A stretch of DNA of 64,000 bases, from the IMG/VR virus record IMGVR_UViG_3300037418_002116, one strand, 5' to 3'. The stretch comes from a virus (Duplodnaviria; Caudoviricetes). The notes beneath the pieces were generated by a model, which saw only the letters and a list, made by a program, of their open reading frames with translations, did not search any database and had not been told where the DNA came from. This document shows positions 9,497 to 19,300 of this stretch, one piece after another. The position numbers were made by a program, and so were the translations under genes. The number at the start of each line of letters is the position of its first letter. Position 1 is the stretch's first letter.

Positions 9497-10249
9497 TTAC
9501 AAACCCGGTCCAAACATATCTGTCAAAGGAATTGAGAACGAACGAATCATTTCTTCTTCTAATTCTTGGATTTCCTTTTCAGCTTCATCAAAAATTTCTT
9601 GACCGGACAATTCTGCACCAGACAAAATTTTAATGGACTTGTATAGTTTTAGGTTTGCACCCCATTGCCTTTTGACAAGCGCCGTGGCATAACGGAGAAG
9701 CCACTTATCAGACCACACTTCCGGATATTCATTCGGATCAAGAACCTGATAGGCGTCAAAAATAATATATGTTCCGACCGCATATTTCGTCCAATCCGTG
9801 TCGATGAAAATCTTATTCATCTTACGATTGAAGCGAATGCCGGGGGTGGAATTAAAGAAATCGTTGAACATATTGATGTGTCTGATCGCCAAATAGTATG
9901 GAACGATAGATGTGCTGGTTAGATTGTAGAAATCATTCAGCATCACTTGGTATGTTGTCGAGAACAGAGCCGAGGCAGAACCAATCAAACCAGAACCGTC
10001 CACTACCTTTGTGATACCGGTAATGGAACTATCAATTTGAATATATTGGTTTGCAATATCGTCGGCGGTGATTTGATGTTTGTAGAAAATTTGGGTCATA
10101 CCATCGAAATGGTATTCCTGATAATACGAAAGAGCATCATCGATACGATCTTCGACTTGTTCGGCATCCACGGCGATTTCAATAACCGGAAAGCCGAGAC
10201 GGCGCATGATGTATTCCTTAAACGCCTTTCTTGTAGTTGGTAACGCCAT
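9497..10249 (-). CDS. gp13: Neck protein
   Basis: RRLGFPVIEI.VD.EQVEDRIDDAL.YY.EYHFDG...ALVKRQWGANL.LY...L..G.EL.GQEI. Confidence 0.95.
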   Translation of the reverse strand: MALPTTRKAFKEYIMRRLGFPVIEIAVDAEQVEDRIDDALSYYQEYHFDGMTQIFYKHQITADDIANQYIQIDSSITGITKVVDGSGLIGSASALFSTTYQVMLNDFYNLTSTSIVPYYLAIRHINMFNDFFNSTPGIRFNRKMNKIFIDTDWTKYAVGTYIIFDAYQVLDPNEYPEVWSDKWLLRYATALVKRQWGANLKLYKSIKILSGAELSGQEIFDEAEKEIQELEEEMIRSFSIPLTDMFGPGL

Positions 10250-10634
10250 AAATTTTCTTTTCCTTAAAAGCTCTTCCGCCGTTCAAGCGCACTACAATCC
10301 ATACGGCCCAAGCAAGCCATCGTGAGGCACCAAGAGCAATCATCGCATCAAACAATTGGTTATCAGCAAAAAGTCTATTCTTATCAAGAACATCGTATAG
10401 TTTGTCGTGCAATGCACCAGCGGCAGCATATTTCCCTGATGTATTTATAAATCCCTCAAAGATTCTGGGGATTGACATAAGATCGGTAAGGTAACCTTTC
10501 TGGACATAAATGTAATTTTCTGAACCAAGTTCACCAACTTCCCAAATAAGGTCACGGGTTAGGCGATATACTCGTCTATCCCCATTAAAATATTCTGTAG
10601 AAACAAATTGAATAGGGTCAGTGAAATTAGACAT
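10218..10634 (-). CDS. DUF1353-like protein
   Basis: V.KGYLTDLMSIPR...AGALHDKLY...AD.QLFDAM motifs. Confidence 0.75.
   Translation of the reverse strand: MSNFTDPIQFVSTEYFNGDRRVYRLTRDLIWEVGELGSENYIYVQKGYLTDLMSIPRIFEGFINTSGKYAAAGALHDKLYDVLDKNRLFADNQLFDAMIALGASRWLAWAVWIVVRLNGGRAFKEKKIYGVTNYKKGV
10442..10449 (-). promoter_or_regulatory. Possible late promoter TATAAATA for gp13
   Basis: Exact consensus but inside a CDS, about 190 nt upstream of gp13. Confidence 0.45.
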
Positions 10635-10636
10635 TT

Positions 10637-11245
10637 TTATCCAGATACGGGCCAGAAAGAGCTATCTTTGTAATTGACCGGCACTGGTGAAGTTTCCTTG
10701 ATTGCTCGTGCCGCAAAGATACATTTTGTTTCCCATGATGCCGCCGCCTGCCCAAAGGCAAAACATGTTTGAGCATCCATGGTTGTTAGAGTGTTGTCAT
10801 CGGCAATCCAAACAAAGTCAGATGAGCCGCCATGCCAACGATAGTTACCAACGGGGGAACCGGATGCTACGGCAAAACCGGCCAATGTAGCCGCTCCGAT
10901 GATCCGAGCCTTAGATTCATTATCCATGGCGTAAGATTTGCCATTAAATACAAACCCATTAGCGATACGATTGTCTCTTTCTTCGTTCACTTCGTCAGAC
11001 GACACAACCTTTGAAATGGTCGCCCACACGTACTTAGGAACACCGGATGTGACAACGATGGAAACAGTAGTTCCAATTTTTCCGTCCGGAATAGGATCGG
11101 CAGGGAGAATTTCTTTTAGAGTGTACGTGCCATTGTCCCATCCGGCACCGGCACCTTGGATGACATCGTTGCCAATGGTGAAAGAACTACCAGCTAACAC
11201 TTCTTTAACCACGCTGGAATTAGATTTCTTTATCAATGCGAGCAT
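10637..11245 (-). CDS. DUF4376-like tail fibre-associated/assembly protein
   Basis: NEERDNRIANGF.FNG...MD.ES..RI.GA...W...DN......C..F. Confidence 0.7.
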   Translation of the reverse strand: MLALIKKSNSSVVKEVLAGSSFTIGNDVIQGAGAGWDNGTYTLKEILPADPIPDGKIGTTVSIVVTSGVPKYVWATISKVVSSDEVNEERDNRIANGFVFNGKSYAMDNESKARIIGAATLAGFAVASGSPVGNYRWHGGSSDFVWIADDNTLTTMDAQTCFAFGQAAASWETKCIFAARAIKETSPVPVNYKDSSFWPVSG

Positions 11246-11886
11246 TTTAGTCCTTCGTAAATTTCAATATCTTTTTCGTAGTATTTATTCACAGCTTTAA
11301 GTGCTGCATCATCGTAAAACCAAGATAAGTAATCTTTCGTAAGACGATTTTTTGGTAGGGATTTATTCTTCCACATCAGCGGAACTTTAATTTGAATGTT
11401 ATGTGTTTCACTGAATTCATCGATGTGTTTTTGTATATCGTCAAATAACCACCATTCGCCTATATTCTGGCCCTTATAGGTAAGAAATGAAGATTGAAGC
11501 TGGTTTTGCCATTTTCTATCTGGAAAATACCCATGCTTCGTCACTATTTTTTTGAAATCCTCCGCAGTTAAAGATTTGTTAAACCCCTGCTTTTGTCGAT
11601 AGAGAAAAAGTGAAACCACTCGTTCTAAAGGATTTCTGATGATGCCGATGAATCTATCTGTTTCATGGGCGAGTCGGTGTTTTATGACATACTCGACATC
11701 CATGTGAGAATGATCGGCATGTTTCGGTGACATGTTTTGTGAATGTGGAATATTAAGTTCATCATAGTAATTCGAGAACGAATCTTCCGGCTGAACTACG
11801 TTATCGATGAAGAAACGTCTTACAGACGTTGAAGCATTCTTTGGAATGTTGATAAAATTGAAGCCGAAACGCTTAATACTAATCAT
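11233..11886 (-). CDS. Sulfotransferase family protein
   Basis: 5'-PSB-like IPKNASTS and 3'-PB-like IRNPLERVVSLF; C-terminal Y..D...F-type motif. Confidence 0.7.
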   Translation of the reverse strand: MISIKRFGFNFINIPKNASTSVRRFFIDNVVQPEDSFSNYYDELNIPHSQNMSPKHADHSHMDVEYVIKHRLAHETDRFIGIIRNPLERVVSLFLYRQKQGFNKSLTAEDFKKIVTKHGYFPDRKWQNQLQSSFLTYKGQNIGEWWLFDDIQKHIDEFSETHNIQIKVPLMWKNKSLPKNRLTKDYLSWFYDDAALKAVNKYYEKDIEIYEGLKCSH

Positions 11887-12445
11887 TTAAAAGAAAGGAA
11901 TTTAGAGAAAGACGAATGCCACCTGTCGATTTGTAGGAGTGCCATGTTAGGCCAGTTTTGCCAGCGAACACCATCATGCGGTTTGGCTTCCATTCGATTT
12001 GCTTGACGAAATTTTTTTCTTGGTCATAGATCAAGGTTCCCTGTCCTTCCTGTGGATAGAGATAGGTAACAGCGGAAATGACTTTATTTTCAGCTTCGTC
12101 ATGAATGGGGTGTTCTGATGCATCTAGACACAGGATAGCCTCACCATAGAGAGTAAGGTTTGAATAGTTTCGTTTATCCGCAAAATATTCGAGGAAATTT
12201 TTTGTGTCTCTGCTTTCTAACAAATTTTTGGTATTCGGAAATTTTGAATTTTTGTATAGATTGCTTTTCGTAATGAAAATTTTGTCCGCTGTTTTGGTGA
12301 TGAATTCGCTTCGATCATTTCGAAGCACGGCGAAAATTTCCATAACGGCCAAAGCCATCTGCCCTTCGGTATAATAATCATCAATAACAATATGCGGCCA
12401 TGGCTTATCGAAACGATACAATTCGTTGCTCAATTTTTTCTTCAA
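11879..12445 (-). CDS. 2OG-Fe(II) oxygenase
   Basis: PWPHIVIDDY; HxD-like IHDE; SAVTYL...GT.IY; WKPNRMMVF; TWHS; R.SLN. Confidence 0.8.
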   Translation of the reverse strand: MKKKLSNELYRFDKPWPHIVIDDYYTEGQMALAVMEIFAVLRNDRSEFITKTADKIFITKSNLYKNSKFPNTKNLLESRDTKNFLEYFADKRNYSNLTLYGEAILCLDASEHPIHDEAENKVISAVTYLYPQEGQGTLIYDQEKNFVKQIEWKPNRMMVFAGKTGLTWHSYKSTGGIRLSLNSFLLND

Positions 12446-13235
12446 ATCCTTCCTTGGAAACGTCGATGCAGAGTTTATGTGTGAACCATGATAGGAATCG
12501 ACTTAAATCATCCTGATTGACCGGTTCGATATCCTCTAGCTGATATGCACTGTCAATTTTCGGGACAATTTCCGAAAATGCCATCGTGTCGTAGGTAGCA
12601 CATGGTTTGCCTTTCAGCATGGCATTGAGGCTCACGCTGGACCATGAACTAAACACTTTGTCGGCATTGTCCAACAAATGATCAAGGTTACAATTTGCAT
12701 CAGCAAAAATTATGTAGTCAGAATTATGTATACAAATTTCGGTCAATGGATGCTGCTTGAAAACAGTATATACTTTTTGTTCTTCCGCATATTTCATCGC
12801 ATCAAGCATATGATCATATTCAGGTCCAATATTGTCTTGCAATAAAAAGAGATTATATTTGTCTGGTAAATCTATAATGCGAGAGCCTTGACTATATTTT
12901 GTTCCAAAAATTTTTGTGACATCGTGGTCTATGTCGCATTCCTTCCATTGATGGAGGAATGGATTAACTTTATCGAGATACATTTTATTTGGTGTGAATA
13001 CATAAAGGTCTGTCTTTGGCGAACCAAAACGCCATGTCAGCGTTTGCTCAAAATTCATGTTATTGTAAAGTTCTGCAAAAATGCAGTTTCTTAAGTCATG
13101 CTTTTCGAGGATTGCGTCAACCAAATTTGCCACTTTTAGCATGTTCGGAAACATGTAATGGGTTTGTGGTAATCCCTTTACACCATTCATCCATTGCAAG
13201 CAGAGGTTACGGTTTGATCGAAAACATGAATTCAT
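12405..13235 (-). CDS. Capsule polysaccharide biosynthesis (KpsS/KpsC)-like or glycosyltransferase-like protein; start uncertain
   Basis: VFKQHP...LDHLLDNADKVFSSWSSVSLNAMLKGKPC resembles the KxHP...LL..AD.V.T..S..G.EAL..GKP motif. Confidence 0.6.
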   Translation of the reverse strand: MNSCFRSNRNLCLQWMNGVKGLPQTHYMFPNMLKVANLVDAILEKHDLRNCIFAELYNNMNFEQTLTWRFGSPKTDLYVFTPNKMYLDKVNPFLHQWKECDIDHDVTKIFGTKYSQGSRIIDLPDKYNLFLLQDNIGPEYDHMLDAMKYAEEQKVYTVFKQHPLTEICIHNSDYIIFADANCNLDHLLDNADKVFSSWSSVSLNAMLKGKPCATYDTMAFSEIVPKIDSAYQLEDIEPVNQDDLSRFLSWFTHKLCIDVSKEGFEEKIEQRIVSFR

Positions 13236-13911
13236 CGTCCTCGCCTACATGTTTGGCTATTAATTTAGCATCTAAAGAAACTATGTTTTTCTTTCGAACA
13301 TAAATTACAGGACATTCGTTGGATAGAGCATTCTTTATTGTTTCTACAAACCAGTCTTCACGATCCGGTCTGCAAACCAGACACACCATGGAACTGTCGA
13401 ATGCAAATTTTGTTGCATCTTTAATCTCTACTGGAAATTCATAACTTTGATATGGCATAATATCGAGACAAGTTACGTCGAACCCGGCATCTGAAAGGGC
13501 CTTTCCTGTGGAGCCGTTACCAGCGCCGCAATCGATGACATGTTTGCCACCATGAAGTTTTTTCATTTTGTTTATGAATGTCTTATTCGGTCGAAAAAAT
13601 TGTTCGGAAGGGAGTAATTCCGGAACTGCTTTTAAAATTTCAGCGAATTGTTCATCGGTTAAAGTTCTCTCACTATAAGAAGCTACAATGTCACTTTCTC
13701 TGCTTTTCTTGTATGCGGCAATTACTTTCTCTGTCCATACAGTGTTATAAGCCTCTATAATTGCTTGTTTGACTTCTTCAATCACATAGTCATTTGGATT
13801 AGTGAGAACCCATTCATTGTTGTAAACATGGGCTGGCGGAATCTCGAATGTCAATCCGGGCAATTCAAGATGGAGAATCTTGAAGGTTCCTACGTATCTT
13901 ACGTTTCTCAC
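13207..13911 (-). CDS. Class I SAM-dependent methyltransferase
   Basis: VIDCGAGNG...GFDVTCLDI. Confidence 0.65.
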   Translation of the reverse strand: MRNVRYVGTFKILHLELPGLTFEIPPAHVYNNEWVLTNPNDYVIEEVKQAIIEAYNTVWTEKVIAAYKKSRESDIVASYSERTLTDEQFAEILKAVPELLPSEQFFRPNKTFINKMKKLHGGKHVIDCGAGNGSTGKALSDAGFDVTCLDIMPYQSYEFPVEIKDATKFAFDSSMVCLVCRPDREDWFVETIKNALSNECPVIYVRKKNIVSLDAKLIAKHVGEDDEFMFSIKP

Positions 13912-14777
13912 GGTTCTACAAATCTCATACTCTGTACAAAATTGCTGTAGAAATAAAAGGTAGTCGTGGTGCCTCCACCACCGTGACCACCGCCACCACC
14001 CGTTGTTATAGATGTATAAGAAGTGTCAGTAGTAAAAGTTCCAGCAGCATCCATTGTATTCAATGCAATTTGTCTAGAATTGCCACCATATGTATTGTTT
14101 GTTTCTAGAATCCTAGTATTTGTTGGTCCTCCATGTGAAATTGAAGGAATACCAGAATCAGCTATACTCAATCCGCCTTTGATGAATACTAAATCATTTT
14201 GTGCTACTGATAGACTTGTTGTACTATGAGATGACGAAGTGCTTTGTCCACCAGCATAGAATGCATTAGATACACCACTCCATCTACCGGGAAGAACATA
14301 GACCATTTGTGAGTTCGTATCAGATGTGCTACTTGCTTTATTGAAGGTTGCAGCGACGGACGTTAAGTTTCCAAAGCCAATTGGCACTTGAAATTGAAGT
14401 AACTTGAAAGCAGTACCAACACCGGTCGTTTTGCTGTACAATAATGTTTCATCTGTTGCTGAATAAGCCCCACTATTAACGTTCACAACAGTAGTTCCGG
14501 GTGTGCTACCTTCATTCAAGACCAACAATGTGGTCCATCGACTCTGTAAACTGATTGCGGCTTGGGGATATGTTAAAGTGCCGGAAACAGACGTTGCGGT
14601 TGCAAAGGTAGAATCAAAAGCTTCATTAAACGGACCAACAGTTGTATTGGTTTCAAACCCCTGATTAACAGAAGTTTTAGAAATCATCGCATTTCTCGAT
14701 GAAATAGTTTTCAGTGCTGAAATTACATCAGATACACCAACTAGAACTACTGATGGAATAGACGCTGGAAAAAACAC
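13908..14777 (-). CDS. Putative tail fibre tip/receptor-binding protein
   Basis: S/T/G-rich beta-type sequence, Gly-rich C-terminal loop, TAGTG overlap with the upstream fibre gene. Confidence 0.45.
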   Translation of the reverse strand: MFFPASIPSVVLVGVSDVISALKTISSRNAMISKTSVNQGFETNTTVGPFNEAFDSTFATATSVSGTLTYPQAAISLQSRWTTLLVLNEGSTPGTTVVNVNSGAYSATDETLLYSKTTGVGTAFKLLQFQVPIGFGNLTSVAATFNKASSTSDTNSQMVYVLPGRWSGVSNAFYAGGQSTSSSHSTTSLSVAQNDLVFIKGGLSIADSGIPSISHGGPTNTRILETNNTYGGNSRQIALNTMDAAGTFTTDTSYTSITTGGGGGHGGGGTTTTFYFYSNFVQSMRFVEP

Positions 14778-16105
14778 TATCCTAGAACTTTCTGAATGTG
14801 GCAGTGTTTAACACCACCAATAGACGTGATGAATAAGAAGAAAGCATTTCCCACTACTGTGTTAAGAGTATCGCCAGTAACTTTATTCCAACCGGAGAAA
14901 GTAATCGCTCCCGGTGCAGAGTTGTAAAAATACACAACCATGCTACCGTCATTTGATGGTGGAGCTATGGTAAATGTCCCACCATTTCTCATGAGAACAT
15001 AGTTGCCAGAAGCCATGTTTGGCGTCCAAGTGCCAGACGAAGTAGTGCCCAAATCTGGCGTTGTAGCCGTATACCCAACCGTGAAATTCTTTGTGACGTT
15101 GGATTTAACAGTAGCAGCATCATATCCTTGCACTGTAACGCCGATAGACCCTGCCAAACCCGCTGGTGTTACCGCTCTTACGGCATCTGTACCCGCCTGT
15201 GTTTCGGCAGTTGTCGCCAATTCAACGATACCGGATGCCGCAGTTGATGATGCCGCCACGGAAATTGTGGGAACACCCGAAACGCCGTCACCATTCGAAA
15301 CCGAAACCGGAGAAGTTCCTGTAATAGCTCTCTGAGTCCATGTGTCAGTACCTATACGAACCGGAAAGCCAGTGCCGCCAAGACCTTCCAAAGCAGCCAA
15401 GTCATTGGCCAATGTGATCGTTGGGTTTCCGGCAACACCGTCACCATTCGATACAGAAACACCAGCGCCGGAAACCGTCACGCTTCTTTGAGCCCACGTG
15501 TCGGCGGCTGTACGCACAGCGATACCGGTAGAAGTCAATGACTCAAGGGCATTCAAATCATTTGCGAGAGCTATTGTCGGATTGCCGGAAACACCGTTAC
15601 CATTACTGATAGACAAACCAGTAGAAGGGCCAGTGAGCGTTCTTTGAGCCCATGTGTCGGCGGCTGTACGAACGGCAATACCGGTAGAGGCCAGAGCTTC
15701 CAAAGCAGCCAAGTCATTGGCCAAGGCTATTGTCGGATTGCCAGAAACACCATCACCGTTACCGATGGTCAAACCAGCGGCGGGAGCCGTGAGTGTACGT
15801 GACGAGAAAGTTCCGTTACCGGTTCTGGCCACCAATCCGGTTCCGGAAAGTCCTGTGATACCCGTAATATTATTTGACGCCAGAGTGTTATTGATTGTAA
15901 CAATCTGTGTCTTAATGGTGTTAACATTGGAAGTTAGGGAAGCGACATTTGCAGTCAACGTTATGACGTTTGCAGTAACAGCAATTACATCAGAATTGAT
16001 CGATGTAATGTCGGTAACAATTCTATTAACATTGTTACCAAATTGTGTGAGCGTCACCGAAGATGTTGGGCGAACGTCCATAATAGTTGCTGTTATTACT
16101 GTCAT
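14777..16105 (-). CDS. Tail fibre protein: N-terminal coiled coil, about four 52-aa repeats, C-terminal head
   Basis: Repeat STGIAVRTAADTWAQRTLTG...SNGDGVSGNPTIALANDLAALE with 156-nt DNA period. Confidence 0.75.
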   Translation of the reverse strand: MTVITATIMDVRPTSSVTLTQFGNNVNRIVTDITSINSDVIAVTANVITLTANVASLTSNVNTIKTQIVTINNTLASNNITGITGLSGTGLVARTGNGTFSSRTLTAPAAGLTIGNGDGVSGNPTIALANDLAALEALASTGIAVRTAADTWAQRTLTGPSTGLSISNGNGVSGNPTIALANDLNALESLTSTGIAVRTAADTWAQRSVTVSGAGVSVSNGDGVAGNPTITLANDLAALEGLGGTGFPVRIGTDTWTQRAITGTSPVSVSNGDGVSGVPTISVAASSTAASGIVELATTAETQAGTDAVRAVTPAGLAGSIGVTVQGYDAATVKSNVTKNFTVGYTATTPDLGTTSSGTWTPNMASGNYVLMRNGGTFTIAPPSNDGSMVVYFYNSAPGAITFSGWNKVTGDTLNTVVGNAFFLFITSIGGVKHCHIQKVLG

Positions 16106-16305
16106 TTATTTTCCAAAGCTCTTAATCTAGTTTCAAGGTCACTCACCATTTTTTCGAGTATGGCAATCCGCTTTTCCATGACAGGGAGATTTTTTGCCGT
16201 CTGTCTTCTTTTGCGGTAAGCTTCCAAAGATTTATTGTCTTTATTTATTAGAGCCCCGGTATCCTCATTTCTGAAAATACCGGGAACTTCGGTTCGTGCA
16301 TCCAT
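16102..16305 (-). CDS. Small conserved T4-like protein usually following DUF4815
   Basis: VPG.FR..DTGALINKD...LEAY...R then coiled coil. Confidence 0.65.
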   Translation of the reverse strand: MDARTEVPGIFRNEDTGALINKDNKSLEAYRKRRQTAKNLPVMEKRIAILEKMVSDLETRLRALENK

Positions 16306-16309
16306 ATTT

Positions 16310-19300
16310 TTACATCTGTAGAGCTATCAAACGAAGGTCTGCCACTCTTGGAACCATGGCCGAATCCGTTGATGTTAGAACAATTTTTATCGAGAATTGT
16401 TTGAAACCAGAGAATGCAACGCCGTTCGAATTTGTATACTGAACAGCACCGAATAGACCGGTCATAATTGTATCAGAGAAACCAAATTCGTATTCAATCC
16501 AATCGTTCTGATTAGAGATAGAAGAGAATACAGTGTCAGATGTTTCCAATTGAATCCATGGATGACTTTCAAAGGTATCCGAGTCTTCGTTATTCGCAAT
16601 TTTTGCATAGACCAAAACGTCTGTATTTGGTGGACGGTAAGCAGTCAGATATACTTTCAAATCTTCTGCATCTTGACCTTCGGCCAAAGTGATAGTTTTG
16701 CAAATATATTTGTTCTGTGCTGCACCACCGGATGCCGCAGTTTCATTAGCCGTATTGGCATTTACAACGTTATGAACAAAGACGCCATGTGTTCTGTTCA
16801 AATCGATCACTGGCGACACATAAGGAGTGCTTGAAACAATCGAGGCTACAGCCTGATTAGAACGGGCGCTCGAAATCAAATCAACTTCCTTCGAACGACC
16901 AAGCAAATTCTTTTCAGAAGTAAAGAAATTATTGTCGTCTGGAATTACGGCAATTGAAGTCGAATCCAACGAATTGGTATTCGATGTTCCTTTCATGGTC
17001 CAGCCAAGAGACGTGTTCTGGAAAGTCAAATAGTTTGGTTCGAAGTCCACAACAGAGTACTTGATTGGAATTTTTGAACCAATTGTGCCACGATCACCAG
17101 AGGCAGAACCAATGATGATTTCGCCGTCTTCCCAATAACCAGTAGTGTCACGCAATTCGAGATGTGTCAAAGTTGCATTCACGGCACGATAGCTGTACAA
17201 TGAGCCGCTTGGGTATGTTACGGTTGCGAGAGTGGCTGTTCCTCTTGTGGTTCCTGTGTTTGATTTGATTGTCAGTGTTTCGCCGGATGTATAGTTCATA
17301 ATGGAGTTAGCTGACAAACGATAGGTTCCGCCAGAGATAGCAACAACTTGGCTGTTTGCGTGAGAAGTAGCGCCAACAAGACGGTTTCCAACTGCGATAG
17401 CGGCAGTGTTACCCGAGATTGTGATTCTGTTCTGACCTCTAACGATTTCACCGAACTTGTCGAAATCCGAAGTAACGGAAGACATGATGAATTTTTCGAA
17501 TGGCTTGTTACCAAAGTTGGCTGTACCAGTCGAGTTTGTGGTGAAGTCGGCACGATAGAAGGTGATCTTCAAATCGGCATTTGGAACTGGAGTCCAATCC
17601 ATATTGTTGTTTGTGTCGAACAACGTTCCTGTATATTTTCTGCTTACAACATTTTGACCAGTTGTAACGTCAGCTTCACCAAGCTTCGTAATCCAGACAT
17701 AAGTATCTGGATTTGTAGCAGTTGGGTGAATAACCAAAGCGTATTCGACGTTGTTGTACAAGAAAATTGGGCATTGGAAATAAATTCTTGTCGCCACTGT
17801 AGCGTCATCAGAAATTTGAATCTGACTTGGTTCTAGAGCAACAACAGAATATGGAACTGTATTTCTAGTAATGTTACCAGAATTATCCACTTCACGAACT
17901 TCAAACCATGCACCAAAGCTTGCATTTTTAGCTTCAAAATACAAATCGAAGCTTGTGAGGAATATACCTTCTTCTGTTGTAGGAGCATTGATAAAGAATG
18001 TATATGCCATACAGTCACTACGACTTCCACCATTGCCACCACGGCCTGTCGTGGTTGTTGACGTTGTGGGGTTTCTGATTGGGTTAATGATTGTAACATT
18101 ACCCTGTACGCCACCAGTCTGTGACACATCATCCTGTGAGGTTACAACCACATTGGTTGAAAGGATTGTGTCTTGCTTTTGTTGAATCAAGCCCGAGGCA
18201 GTGAAATATGCCAATGCATATGTCGTTGAATCATCTTCATTTGTTGGGCTATCCGACACACGAATTTTCTTCGTTCCGGTACGGAATCGCTTGCCAGAAT
18301 CAGGGAAACGAAGCAATGCGTAAGCTTTGCCGTCCGTGCCTGAAATCCAGTTTGCACCTTCGACACCAGTTGTAGAATAAGAACTGTTCGCTGGCGTCGT
18401 ATAGTCCGACATCAATTCATCATCGACATAAACCCATAGACGAGTGTTTGGCTTAATGTCACGTGCCGACAAGAGAACTGTCTGTGGACGAATGTATGGA
18501 ATGATCGAAACGTCAACAACCTTGTTTCCAAGATTCTCTGTTGTCGAAACAACGCTTGACGTTGTGGTCGTTCCCGAGCGTGTCTGCGAACCAAACTGTT
18601 CAATCTTTGTTGATTGACCGGTTCTGTTGCTTGTTGTCTGTGCAGCCGATAAAGCAGCGGCTTCCGTGGTATACGTACCAATCAGAGCGCCAGTGCTGTT
18701 GTTGTAAACTTTATAGCCTGTGATCGTTGTCTGCCAAGAATCCCATGTTGTTTGCAACGGAGGAACGCTTGTCGGTGTAGAATCACCAACCATCGTGTCG
18801 GGCAACTGAACAGTATCAACCCAAACGTCGGAGTCTGGAGTCAATGTCAACAAACCAATGAAGTTGTAGACGGCGTTTGTCGAGTTTCTTGTAGTTGTGG
18901 CGTATGGTTGTTCGATGAACGAAACTTCCGTGTATGGAAGAGTGATCAAGTTGTTCGATTGCTGAACACCAGAACCCGAAACATATTGATATCCAACCGA
19001 GTCCATATCGAATTGTGGACGGATACTCTGTTCCTTCGGATCGACAACGATTGAGTAATCAGGATTTGTGATCGCACCCTGTGAGTGATCACGGAATGTA
19101 TCAACGAAAATACCGTTTTTGAAGCGATCAAGGCCATTTTCGTCAAGGATAGACAAATCCGAAGCTTGCTTTTCAAGCAAATTCAACTGATTATAGTATT
19201 CCAGATTTGAAATACGTTCATCCAAAACGCCAATATCACGTTTTGTGTAGTTTCTGTATGCCGTTTTCTTGACTGTGCAAGCCAAATCTTGGCGATTTGA

